64,000 nucleotides of DNA from Octopus vulgaris (taxonomy: Eukaryota): assembly GCA_951406725.2 (NCBI GenBank), contig OX597816.1:151652001-151716000 (forward strand). Reading direction: 5' to 3'. Both the position numbers and the translations under genes were made by a program. Under the pieces are notes generated by a model. The model saw only the letters and a program-made list of their open reading frames with translations, was not told the origin of the DNA and made no database searches. Positions within the stretch are counted from its first letter, which is position 1. The number at the start of each line of letters is the position of its first letter. Shown here one piece after another: positions 1 to 12,346 of the stretch.

Positions 1-543
1 GATGCGTATTCATTGATGACTGTTAGTTCACTGTAAACATGTTATGTTGCTGGTCGGTGTCGATACAGAAGCTATAGTTAACGGATATTTTCAGAGTTCA
101 GTTTCATTTTACTACTGTGTTTAAATTTTTACTGAGTTAGTTCTTTCATTTTCTGGATAGTTAAAACGAAAAATTACTTTAGTGATCCCCCCTCCCCCTA
201 CACAGTGTACTTTTAATATATTCATACTTCTTCACTCACTAGATTAAGTGTATTAGTACCAATGTTACCATTTTGTTTTTAAAACATAGAACGTGTCTCT
301 TCAAGTTATCGCATCACTCACTATTTAGTCACACACAACATATATCTATCTATCTATCTATCTATCTATCTCCTTCTCTCTCTTTAAATACACACACACA
401 TAAATAATAGTAATAGTGGTAGTGGTGATGACGATACTTCAGTGAGGCGGTCAAATAACACCGAAACATATCCGAAGTTATCATCCATACTACCAAGATC
501 ACACTCCCCTCCACCCCACTGCATTATTTACATTCTATCTGAT

Positions 544-760
544 GCGGCGAGCTGGCAGAATCGTTACCGCAACGGACAACATGCCTCGTAGCATTTTTTC
601 CTGACTTTATGTACTGTGTTCAAAGGCAACCGAGGTTGACTTTGCTTCACCCTTTCAGGGTCAATGAAATAAGTACCAGTTGAGTACTGGGGCCGATGTA
701 ATAGACTTAATCCCTCCCTCAAAATTGCTGGCCTTTTTCCAAAATTTGAAACCAATATTT
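544..760 (+). mobile_element. tRNA-derived SINE, family A
   Basis: Head GGCGAGCTGGCAGAATCGTTA, core GACTTTGC.TT.CA.CCTTTC.GGGTC.AT.AAATAAGTACCAG and tail TGGCCTT...CCAAAATTTGAAACC. More than 12 similar copies occur in the window. Confidence 0.85.
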
Positions 761-1116
761 CATGGCTTTTCTCTTTCTTGCTATTCATAAATAATAATGA
801 TTCTTCTCATCCTCTTTGTAAATTTAAATAACTTTTCTGGAATTATTACAGTAAATATATCTGTACTGAATTGTAATACCTAGTTACATCTCTTTTTGTT
901 TTGATTTTATATCCCGCTGCAGTTGACTTAGTTTTCCATTTCACAGGTATCGCTCAAATAAATATTATTCACATACCGGAAGTCGATTAAATCAATTTAC
1001 ACGCTTAACCCAACATGTCTGGTCTTTACATCATCGTTCGATATAATTTTCTAAATTTAGCCTGAGATTTTGATGCTGAACTTTCTAGAATAAATAAATC
1101 GAATCCAGATATATAA

Positions 1117-1292
1117 AAAAAAAGTCACAGGAAAAGTCACAGCGGCTTTGTCGGGGGGGGGGGGTTGTCCGGACCCCATAAATTGTGACTTTTTTTTCCT
1201 GTGACCTTATTACCGACCACCATAAATTAATTGTGACTTTTTCCCTTGTCAAAATTATGACTTTATTACTGTGCCTTTTTTTCCTATGACTT
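1117..1292. repeat. MITE-like element with repeated AAAAGTCACA(GG) / TGTGACTTTT motifs in inverted orientation
   Basis: Two AAAAGTCACAG copies at 1120-1142 face several T(G/A)TGACTT(T) copies at 1183-1292. Confidence 0.5.
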
Positions 1293-1548
1293 TATGGTCA
1301 CCAATGAATCACCACCCAGGATATATTTCAAACACACACAGTATTTGACTTTCTGTTGACAGAGACCTATCACGATTTTTGTTTATTTTCCTCTTGTCTT
1401 CTTTATTAAATGATATTGTTCAAACGAAATCGTATTGTTACTAGACAAAATTGCTTAATATTATCGTAGACAATTATTTCCATTCATGTTGTGGCAAAGT
1501 ATTATTTGCTAATAATATTTTATTAAGCATTATTATTCAGCATTTATT

Positions 1549-1910
1549 AGGCGGTGAGCTAGCAGAATCGTTAAGAGCATCGGACAAAATGCATAATGGC
1601 ATTTCTTACGTCTTTTACAATTTAAATTCAAATAACGCCGAATTTTACTCTGTCTTTCATCCTTCTGGAGTTGATAAGAATAAGTACCGGTCAAGTACTT
1701 GAGTTGATGTAATAGAGTTCCCCCGCTCCCCTCGAAACAGCTGGCCTTGTGCCAAAATTAGAAAGAATTATCTCGTATAATTACTGATTAGATGGGCGAG
1801 CTGGCAGAATCGTTTCCGCACCGGTAACCATCTGAACAACTGGTATCGATGCAATCGACTTGCCCACTTCCCAAAAATTTCTGGCCTTGTAACAAAATTT
1901 AAAACCAATA
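1549..1910 (+). mobile_element. Two SINE family A copies (second internally deleted)
   Basis: Heads at about 1550 and 1794; shared AAGTACC / GATG.AAT.GAC / TGGCCTTGT tail motifs. Confidence 0.8.
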
Positions 1911-4539
1911 TATAATTCCAAGTTACGTTAATGTCACTCAGAAAAGTTAATCCAAAAAAGAAATTAACATTAGATATTAATTAAAGAGCAACATGCCTTC
2001 TTCAAAGGATGCTGATATCGGAACATCGAGGATACAGCCTAGACCTGGAGACTACCACGTCTAAATAGATTACAATAAAGTGATACTATACACACAAGCG
2101 TTGTTGAGGGGGGGGGGTCCGCCTCGGGAAGCACTTTTAAAGGGGCACTACTTTTGGGCCTGCTGTAGGCAATATGTTTTTTGTGGATTCCGGAGAGGAC
2201 AAATGGAAGGGCCGCTTCGGGCGACACACACTTTAGCTACGCTACTGACTATACAGACGGTTCAAGGGAAAGATAATAGGAAATCTGTTAGAAGAGATGA
2301 GATTCAGGACCACAGAGATGATACTAAACAGATTCGTCATCAGCTGGAAATTTTTGTGACAAAACAAGGAACGTCCAAAAATATTCCTTGGTATTTCCAT
2401 ATTCTTAAATATCTTACCTCTTCTGAATTGAATTAAATACGAAGAGTCGTCAATTTGTATTCTTCGTTGCTGCACTGTTTCCCCAACTCTAACATTCTTA
2501 TTTACCTAACTGTAAATAAGTATCATTGAAGGCTATAAGCCCGCTAAAGTAAATAGGAGCATAATATATATGACGTATGCTGCTTTCTTTACTTATAATG
2601 CCAGTGTCAAATCTTCCAATGATTCTGAATAAAAAAAAAATAATAAAATAAAAACCCACGTATGTAACGATTGCTCAGTCTAAGGAATTGAAATGTTCAG
2701 AAGTGTTTCAACAATTCAACTGATGAAAAGGAAATTTATCTAAAGCTATTACAGCATTGAAATTGGGGGTCAGTGCTTTATTCAGAAAACGATCCAGTCT
2801 TAGTAATAAGATGCGAACTCATAACACTTCGTCAAGGATGGGGCCACTGTCTTGTTAGCCATCACTACATTCAAATACATTAGGATTATGCAGTTGAGAT
2901 TGCATGATGTTCGTGCTTTTTATAAGTGTGATAGCAACGTAAGGGAAGCATAAAAGCAACAAGAACCGAGAACTGAAATTGGGTCGGTCTCACCGAGTTC
3001 TTTTTGTTTTATACAATTCATTTCTCGTCTGGAAAATAATTCAGAAATCGCTCTATTAAATATCCGAATTAACGAAGGAAATTTTCTTTTATCTCGTATA
3101 AAGAGAATTTATCAGACTATAAGTTGCAAGTTTTGTTTTACATTCTGTACATATGTCTAGGTATATTATATCATTTAATTGCCAATCTTTTGTTAAATTA
3201 AACCACAGTACGATCGATAATGATAGCACACAGACCGACGTTTTTACAAAGTGTACTACTGTTTCGAAAGTACACAAGCCAATGTTTTCATATTTGCTTT
3301 GCGGTCTTCCACCAACCACTTCTATTTGATTTGTTTGAAATAAGATTTAAATGTATGTCCGTTCCTTTTGTTTTACTATTCGTCCTGTAGTTTTATCATT
3401 CATTTTATTTAATCAATAGTTTCCTTTAATTTTCATACCTGTCAGTTAATTCAGAAAAGTACTTAATCGATTGGCTAACTGAAAATTCATTCTGACATTC
3501 CACTTAATAAAAGTGGACGTGATATTTCTAAACAAGTTCGTCTTTCAAATGTTTAATATTTGTGAATCAATAAGCTTGCGTTTTCCGTTGTTTGACTTTC
3601 TCGTCCTTTTGACTTTACGCTGATTATAATCACTACAGCAATCAAATATGAGTTATAAATGTCGACTGTAACCTTGGACTCGGAGATCAGGTCACTCAGG
3701 CCGAGATTAAGACGTCTGATTAAAACTAATTCAGTAAAAAGATCGATAAGCTTACATCTCACTCAGTAGGTTGAGAAAGCTAACTAAATGTATATAACCT
3801 TGATGTACCCTTAACATATATCCTTGTGCGGGTATGCTGTCAAAAATGGAAAAAGTTCATCAATAGCCGTGACTGAACGTTAAATATTAATTTCAATCGT
3901 TTTCAATGACTTCTACCGAGACGATCTTTGAAACTGGGGTTTCACCAATTTTAAGTGCAGATGAATAAATGTTCTGCTTGCCTACCTTCGCTGTAGTCAC
4001 AACCAGAATATGATGTGAAATGGTGTGAACATGTGTTGTATTTAATGTACAGTGAAGAAAATACATAAACCTCACTACACTTCATGCGATTAATCGGAAT
4101 GTATGGTATGGTCCTCAGTTAAAACTGAGTAGCCAGGTTCTAAAGTTAGGAGGAACGAGCACATAAAAAAAGACGCCGTGACATATACAAAACAATTTGA
4201 AACTCATTTCTTTTATATTACGCGAAATATTTCGTTGGATATAATATACGTAATTGTATTCTACATTCATTGATTTTGTAACGAACTTCGATGTGAGTTG
4301 TCTTCGTGCACTTTTGGGGTGCACAAAGCAATCACTCTCACTAGCCGTTGCTTTAATAATCCAGAATCTCTACTAGTCAGAAACAACAAGACTCAGACGT
4401 AAAATATACATATAACTACTTTATTCTCTTTCTTGGTAAACAATAACAATAAGTGTGTTATCTGATGTCCTTGATTCTGGGCGCGCAAGGCTGAAAGTTA
4501 ATAGATTGTAATATTTACAATCTTCAGCCCAAAAACAGA

Positions 4540-5015
4540 AAGGGGTCAAGATGGCGTCGAACAGGGAAGTTGAATGTGGTCGGCAACAATTTGGTTAAAG
4601 GTATTCGGCCGACTGCTGCTATCAACCGGAGAGAATATATGCGTGACCGCCGCCTTCAATCGCTGGGTCCCAAGTCGCCGCTTGCTGCTGCTAGTGGTCA
4701 AACGTTCTACGGCCCCTTGCCTCGCTAACTGCTACGTAGGCAATAGGGTTCTTCTTCCGGTGCTTCGCGCATGCGCGAGAGGGCCCTTCCTCTCACTTGG
4801 TGAAGGCACCAACACGCGCGAAATACAAATGGACAGTGCGCGAGCGCGCGCCGTTGTAGGATCACTACAATTTCATGTTTCAGTAACAATGTTAATAACC
4901 GATGTAAGTATAACGTGAAAAAGATGTCGAGAGGTTATGACGTGAGCGGCCTTCAACAAATCACAGGAGATTGAGCAGACACTTCAAAAAGCACGGGAGG
5001 TTGGTCAAATAAGGT
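4540..5015. promoter_or_regulatory. CpG-rich housekeeping-type promoter region
   Basis: GC/CpG-rich island in an AT-rich background. YY1-like CAAGATGGCG 4547-4556, ETS-like CTTCCGG 4754-4760, perfect NRF1-like palindrome TCGCGCATGCGCGA 4765-4778, ACTACAA (ZNF143-associated motif) 4864-4870. Candidate plus-strand donor AAG|GTAATG at 5013/5014. Confidence 0.65.
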
Positions 5016-5766
5016 AATGACTCCAAAAAGTTCTTTCAAGGCCATGCGATTAACAAAAAAAAAAGGAAGAAAAGAAAAGAAAAACAACGACTTTTATCAT
5101 AAAAGTGAGCTAAAGAGTTTTAATATATTTGTTGAAAAGGCGCCAATTTTGAAATATGTACTCAGTGAGGGTGGAACTATTACGCCACCGGTTAGAACCA
5201 TTTATATGTCTGGAGCTATGGGCTTGTGAATCACACCCAGATAACAGCCGACCACATATGAGCTATAGGTCTGGTCAATTACGGTCAATCTGCGGTTACA
5301 CATGAAGAACAGCAACAAATTAGGTATTTAGCAAAATATATATAAATAAAAATAATATCTCAATCTCAACTATTCAAAATTTATTTCTCCCGAGTAAAGA
5401 AGGTCAACTTTTCAAAAGGTGGTGGAGGTGAGAAACTTTTATATAATAGACCACAATATGAAAAGGAAAGCGAGGAGGAGTACAGCATTTAGAGAGAGAG
5501 ACTACAAGAGAAGGGTCGTTGAGAGAAATAAAGATAATGATAGATATCGAAAGAAAAAGAAACACTGTTATAGGAGGAAAAAATATATAATAGGGTCACA
5601 ATGGATGGTGAAAAGGGAGAGCAAATTACAGAGAGAAAGAAAAAGAGGAACGGAATGAACAAGAGAAACAAATTGAGTCAGAAATAAACGGGAGTGAGGA
5701 AATAAACGAGTATAGAAAAACACGTACACATCCATGTTATATACACTTATACATGAGAGTGTGTGC

Positions 5767-5771
<5 letters not shown>

Positions 5772-5826
<55 letters not shown>
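5772..5826. repeat. (TA)n microsatellite
   Basis: Directly visible; one of many (TA)n, (CA)n and (GA)n tracts in the window. Confidence 0.95.
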
Positions 5827-5827
<1 letters not shown>

Positions 5828-6039
5828 CATTCTTTCGATATGAGTCCCGTTTACATCACGTGTATTTGCTTACATTTGAAGAAGAAGATCGTCACTTTCC
5901 GTAAATTTTTTTTATATATATATGTGGGGTTACGGTTAGGGGTGGGGTATATATATATATATATATATATGGGAGTAAGTTAAGCCGGTGAGGAGGTAAC
6001 AATAAATTGAGTGAATTGTAAATTTCATCATCTCAGCAG

Positions 6040-6620
6040 CGGAAAACCTTGTATCTTTGTTCCTTCCTGACATCCAGGCACGGAATGTCAGTGCCACCGA
6101 CGTGTCCAAGATGTGGGTTGGACGATGAAACCGTTCAACACGCTTTTGTACAATGTCGGGAGCTGTCAAGCTTGATAAGTTACGTTGAACACGTGTTGTT
6201 GCATCTGGGACGAGTACAGCTGTCGGCTGGATCTATGATAAAGATGATACCGCCAACTGGACTCTCAAAGGAAGGTAAGGCTTGTTTTTACTGTACGGTG
6301 GCAGTACTGAAAGAGTGTGGAGAACCAGAATGGAAGGTTTAGTGACAGGGTCCTTTGTCTCTGGCCCCGGTTTGTTAAATTACTTCAGATATCATCTGAA
6401 GAGCAAGATGGGGTTGGAGAAGAGGAGCCTGCCACAGAAAGAGTATGTGAAACGTTGGAAGGATGTGATGAGAAAGGTGGGTGTTAGTAACCCGGCTTAA
6501 TCATCAAAGAAAGGAAAAATTAGTTGCTGGGCCTTATAGGCTGCCGGGTTCAAAATTCAGAACCTGCACTTCCCCCCTTTTTCATTTTTGTGGTTTCTAA
6601 TGTTAATTATATAAAAAAAA
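6040..6620 (+). mobile_element. L1/Tx1-type LINE 3' fragment (frameshifted ORF2 C-terminus)
   Basis: RHGMSVPPTCPRCGLDDETVQHAFVQC is the CxxC..ET..H...C zinc knuckle of L1/Tx1 ORF2. The frame shifts between ORFs 6049-6342 and 6282-6500; homologous to the copy at about 20.4 kb. Confidence 0.8.
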
Positions 6621-7259
6621 AAAACCCCACTAAAGTTCTCGTTATAAAGGCAAAAGTAAGCCAATGATTCGTTTAAAGGCAAAAGTAAGCCAAGTTTTCG
6701 TTTATGTTATATCATAACTAAATTTTTAATTTCATTCGAACTCTCACAACATTCTTTGTAATTGTTTGTCTTGTTATGTCGAATTCTATGTAAAATCATT
6801 TGATTATAATATAGATTTCCTCTCACTCTGTGAAAGTTTCTAGTTCGAATCACACGTGTTTCGAGATGTGCTGAAGATTTTGTATTTTGGATATATTTGG
6901 GGTATTTAGGTCTGCTCAGGACTTAGTGCTTGCTTTTTCCATGGATATGAGTAAGTATTTAACTTATATCTCACGTATTTATCGCTGAAGAGGAGAAAAT
7001 TCTTATGAATTAACCCCGAAATTGGGACCAATACGGTAATAACGCATTTTTTAGAAATTTCTATCGGTTTGTTTCGAGACGCATAAATTATAATGGTTAT
7101 TGACAATTTTTGTCTTTTTTTTCGGCATATTTGGCATTAGAATTTTTCTTTTGCCCTTATTTTTGTAAATTATTTATAAATTTAACCTTTAAGGTATTTT
7201 TTGATATGCTAGCCATTGATAAAATTTTTTTCCCGAAAAAATTTTTTATCCTACATTAG

Positions 7260-7290
<31 letters not shown>

Positions 7291-9250
7291 GCTCCATGCA
7301 TACGTGTATCTGTGTGGTATAGCAAATTTTCAACAAAACGCTGCATTTATATATACACACACAGCTATAGAATATATCTCTCAACCCAACCATCAAACTG
7401 TTAACAATATACTACCACCATTTAGACATCACAACAATCATCACCGAGAAAGTTTTAAATAGTTACTACAAAAGAAGACTGTTGCTGCTACTCTTGTTTC
7501 TGTAACTACGAATCCAAGGGGAAAAGTTATAGGAAAATTACAACTAAACCAGATTAAACGTGTTTTTATTTTCTGTTGTTGTATTCAATGTGTGGAATAA
7601 AAGGTAATTTTATTGTACAGTTGGATGTAATTAATACCTTCAATGTAAATTGTGTCAACTTTGTGTACAAGTCGTGTATTGTCAGTTAATAAGTAATTTG
7701 ACAAAGAAATATTTGTTTAATTAATTTTTCTATGATTTATGGATTCGAAGACCTCGTGAACCGTCTCACTAATAAACACACGCAATCAGGCGCACTCGCG
7801 CTCACACACATACGTAACATACACATACATAGCTGTGGTAAAAGCTGCTAAGTATTAGTTGGGCTGCAAAGTCATGTGTGTTCTGCAGCTCATTAACGAT
7901 AAATAGTCGTACTTTCTGTTGAGTCAATTTAAAATTGTGTGTGTGTGTGTATATGTGTATGTACTCACACACATGTATATATACACATGAAATAATAATA
8001 ATCAACATTTTAGCGTCCACTTTTGCATGCTTGCTTGTGTGGGATGGAATTTGTCGAGACAGATATTCTATGGCAGGATGCCCTTTCAGTTACCAAACCT
8101 CAGTTGTTTCCAGGCAAGGTAACATTTCTCCATGGCTAGATACGTATTTTACTGAAAATTGGAAACGATGCTCGTTTACAACTGTTATGTATGTGAGTGT
8201 GTATTATGCAATAGAAGCAGTATTAAATTAAGATATCAATCTATGTATCAGACTTATGTATGAAACATAGATGTTGACTTTTCTCAAGAAAATGGTGCCC
8301 CAGCCAGGATTTATAAGGAGTTTCAGCTGCAACATTTGTCTGAAACCCAGAGAGCAAGGGAAGGTCTGTAACTATTTTCTAGTCACCAACACACACACAC
8401 TATAAAAATGAAACCTACATTAATTTTGAGGAGATCTCCTGAAGCTCAACTGAAAGCAGTCTTCTTGCAGTTTGCTATGTTTTGGCCTGACACTGCTGTA
8501 CTTGATGAAAGAGTGGAACACTTGTTTTCCATTGAAGATAATTTGATGAAAGTTCTAAGTTAATGGTTTAGCTGCTAATTCCACTGATACAAATTCAAGA
8601 AACAAATTATCTTTCTGTTACTAACAAGGAGATCTTTAGACTTTACATGTGGTATTTCAGAAGACTTTTAGAGGACTAAGGTTTCGTGCATAGTTTGCAA
8701 AAGTTTTACATGAATTACAATCATAAGAAGTATGGGGAGGATTATGATTGGTTTTTATAATTTAAAACACTGAAATACAGACAGGGAAAAACATGTAACA
8801 AGCAAGTTTTCTGTTAAAAGAGTTCAGCTTGACACTGTGGTCTAATGAAACACTCATCAATGTTACTGTGCTGACACTGTTTACTCAGTGATACAGCTTA
8901 GAATCAGGTGGACTTCACCACTGGAATTAAATGTCTTTCTCATGGACACAACATGTGTTGAACTAGGTAGAGTTGATCAGTGAGATTAAGTGTCTTCTTC
9001 GTAAACACAGTATTTGTATGGCCATGAGCAAGACAATAAGATGTGTGCTGTAAAGGTATGTCAGTTCTAATGTTTAAAACGGATCTATTTTCCCAAGAAA
9101 TGAGAAATATGGCAGAAGGCTGAAACTTCAGGATCCACTTCCTCCTCCCATCACAGAAACTTATTTTACAAACTTTACTGAATGTTTTTATCAATACATA
9201 TCATTGTTTTTATTTATTTTTATCATTATTGTAATGAATTAATATAATGA

Positions 9251-9480
9251 AGGTGTCAAGCTGGCAGAATCTTTACCAATCAGGACAAAATGCTTAGCAT
9301 TTCTTTCATCTCCATACATTCTGAGTTCAAATGTCACCAAGGCTGACTTTGCCTTTCATCCTTTTAGGGTTGATAAAACAAATACTAGCTAAGCACAGGG
9401 GTTGATGTAATTGACCAACAGTGCCCCCCGACATGCACATAATTTCAGGCATTGTACCTGTTGTAGAAAACAATTATTAT
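9251..9480 (+). mobile_element. SINE family A copy, CpG-decayed
   Basis: Same head, core and tail motifs, with CG changed to TG/CA (GGGTTGAT). Confidence 0.8.
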
Positions 9481-9944
9481 AAAAATTTAATCTATATGTA
9501 TAAAACTGAGAATGTGTGTATATGTGTGTCTGTCTATGTGTGAAGCCCTAAAACTCGAAAACTACCCAACCGATTTCATTCAAATTTTACATATGCATTA
9601 CTTAGGGTCCATGGATTGTCATGTGCCAGATAAATGTTCAACTTCTTGCCTAATGTGGACCTGGAGCAATCTCTTAGACTAGTTCTGTATTACATGTCAA
9701 AAGTGGAACAATAACTTCTATATTGTAATGTGATACAATATTGTTTCACTTTTAATCCTAATGTGATAAGACTTTCACTTTTAATTCTAGCTGTTCAATT
9801 ACCACTTAATAAGTATCATAACAGTTGAAATGATGTAAAGTATTTACAGTTACATATTAACCCTTAAATTAATATTTAATACAAGTGTTTAATTCATCAA
9901 TATAAAATTCCTTGTCTCTCTGTCTGGCTGTCTGTAATCCACAC

Positions 9945-10425
9945 CTGAAATTTTTCCTCTAGTTCTGATAGTAACTTAGCAATTAGAGCAAGGTCATCAG
10001 CATAGAGGAGCTCCTAGGAGCATCCAGTCTTGAATTCCTCTGTTATTGCCTGGAGGACTATGATGAATAACAGGGGGCTGAGGACTGATCCTTGGTGGAC
10101 CACTATCCCTACATGGAATTCTTCACTGTACTCATTGCCAACCCACACCTTACTGACAGCATCCCTGTACATGGCTTGAGCAGCTCTCACTAACCATTCG
10201 TCTATCCCTAGTTTCCTCATTGACCACCAGATAAGGGATAAGGGGACCCTGTCAAAGGCTTTCTCCATGTCAACGAAAGCCAGGTACAGAGGTTTATCTT
10301 TGGCTAGGTATTTCTCTTGCAGCTGTCTTACCAGAAATATAGCATCAGTGGTGCTTTTCCCTGGCACGAACCCAAACTGCACCTCATCTAAACTGACTCT
10401 CTCCCTAATTAGTTGGGCTATGACC
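9945..10425 (-). mobile_element. RTE-clade LINE reverse transcriptase fragment
   Basis: [51 protein letters not shown], then a premature stop followed in frame by ELLYADDLALIA (YADD motif). Confidence 0.92.
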
Positions 10426-10428
10426 CTC

Positions 10429-10461
<33 letters not shown>

Positions 10462-10473
10462 GCTATGACCCTC

Positions 10474-10555
<82 letters not shown>

Positions 10556-10556
<1 letters not shown>

Positions 10557-10981
10557 CCAAATGAAGTCATTGTTGTGGCTGATGCCAGCAACTGCCTGAC
10601 TGGCACCCCTGCCCGTGGCATGTAAAAAGTACTATTCAAGCATGATAAATGCCAGTGCCACCTGAGTGGTCCCGTGCTGGTGGTACGTAAAAAGCACCAT
10701 TTGAGTCTGGTCGTTACCAGTGCCAGCTGACTGGCTCCCATGCTGGTGGCATGTAAAAAGCACCATTCAAGCATGGTTGATACCAGTACCACCTGACTGA
10801 CCCTTGTGCCAGTGGCATGTAAAAAGCACCCACTACACTCTGAGAGCGGTTGGCATTAAGAAGGGCATCCAGCTATAGAAACCTTGCCAGATCAGATTGG
10901 TACAGCCTTCTGGCTCGCCAGTCCTCAGTCAAACCGTGCAACCCATGCCAGCATGGAAAGCGGACATTAAATGATGATGAT
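10556..10981 (+). mobile_element. RTE LINE 3' UTR/tail fragment with internal GGCA(C/T)GTAAAAAGCACC repeats
   Basis: Homologous to 51640-51933; ends in GGACATTAAATGATGATGAT. Confidence 0.8.
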
Positions 10982-11002
10982 ATATATATATGTGTGTGTG
11001 TA

Positions 11003-12015
11003 TGTCCAGTTCCTTTGGTTTGTGTCTATGTTTTCGTTTCTCTTTGTGTTCGACGTCCCTTTGGTGTCCTGTACTCATATATGCGTGTGAATATGTACAT
11101 GTAGAGGTAGGTACGTACATATATGTTTATATATATGCATATGTTTTATTTCATTTATTAATATATTATATGACTAAACGCACGCACCCTCTTAAGTAAG
11201 ATTGTTCTGTATATCAAGTTTTTGTCTTGATATTAACTCTCACGCGCACTCTTCACCTTTCTGTCCCATCCCTATTCTTTGATTTTCTTTTTCCCCCACT
11301 TAACTTGTCTCTTCCTCTCTCTCTCATTCTCACTCTCTCTCTACCCCTCACCATTCTTCATGGTCTCCTGCAGCCATTCCCCTTCTTCTCTCCCTTCCTC
11401 TTGCTCCTCCTCCCCACTTCCCGTCGTCCACCCGCGACGACCTGACTGTCTTTTTTGGCCTGGCTTTCAAGGTAACTGGACGACATTCTTCCTGCTCTCC
11501 TGTCGTTCACAAAAAATTCTGCGTTTGCAATACTTTTTTCGTTCGGCGTCAACAGCCCTTCTTATCTTGTTTTTCCCTGTTCTGTCTTTTACTGTTTATT
11601 TTTTTACTGTTTATATTTTTGTACTGTCGTTACTGTCCTGTTTTTTTACCTTTTTTTTACCATTTTTTACCCCTCTGCGAAAAGATCTCAGAATTTTAAT
11701 TGATTTGCTTTTCGCAGGAAGGAAAGTTTCTTGTCGAAGATACGTCTCGCTTTTATCCTTCGAAACGTAGAGTAGATGAAACCTTAGCGACTGAAGAAGG
11801 GGTTTTTTCGTTGTGTTAATTGTCCTGTACTCCATTTTTTGTTGTTTTTAAAAAAATGTCCAGTTCCTTTGGTTTGTGTCTATGTTTTCGTTTCTCTTTG
11901 TGTTCGACGTCCCTTTGGTGTCCTGTACTCATATATGCGTGTATATGTACATGTAGAGGTAGGTACGTACATATATGTTTATATATATGCATATGTTTTA
12001 TTTCATTTATTAATA
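11003..12015. mobile_element. Element bounded by ~160-bp direct repeats (Penelope-like, tentative)
   Basis: 11003-11165 is nearly identical to 11857-12015. The interior is pyrimidine-rich with CGAAACGT and CTGAAGAAGGGG motifs. Confidence 0.5.
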
Positions 12016-12052
12016 TATATATATATATATACATACACACACATATATATAT

Positions 12053-12346
12053 ACTATAGCCTCAGGCCGAGCAAAGCCTTGTCAGTGGATTTGGTAAACG
12101 GAAACTGAAAGAAGACTGTTGTATATATATGTATTTGTGTGTGTGTGTGTGCGCTTATGTTTGTACCCCCACCATCGCTTGACAACCAATGTTGGTGTGC
12201 TTACGTTCCCATAACTTAGCGGTTCAGCAAAAGACACCAATAGAATAAGTACTAGGCTTACAAAGAATAAATCCTGGGGTCGATTTGTTCGACTAAAGGT
12301 GCTGCTCCAGCATGGCCACAGTCCCATGACTGAAATAAATAAAAGA
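12053..12346 (+). mobile_element. SINE family B, 5'-truncated
   Basis: Matches the 3' two-thirds of the full copy at 33209-33603. Confidence 0.85.

Noticed and set aside
4574-4918. 114-aa ORF in the CpG-rich region
   Set aside because: No recognisable domain; an open frame of this length is expected from high GC content.
5419-5983. ORFs rich in YI, ER, HT or CV repeats here and throughout the track
   Set aside because: These are translations of microsatellites and purine-rich low-complexity DNA.
8289-8760. Protein-like reading frames suggesting a further gene
   Set aside because: Multiple stops, and the distal part looks like a heavily decayed CR1/L2 RT remnant; no consistent exon chain could be built.
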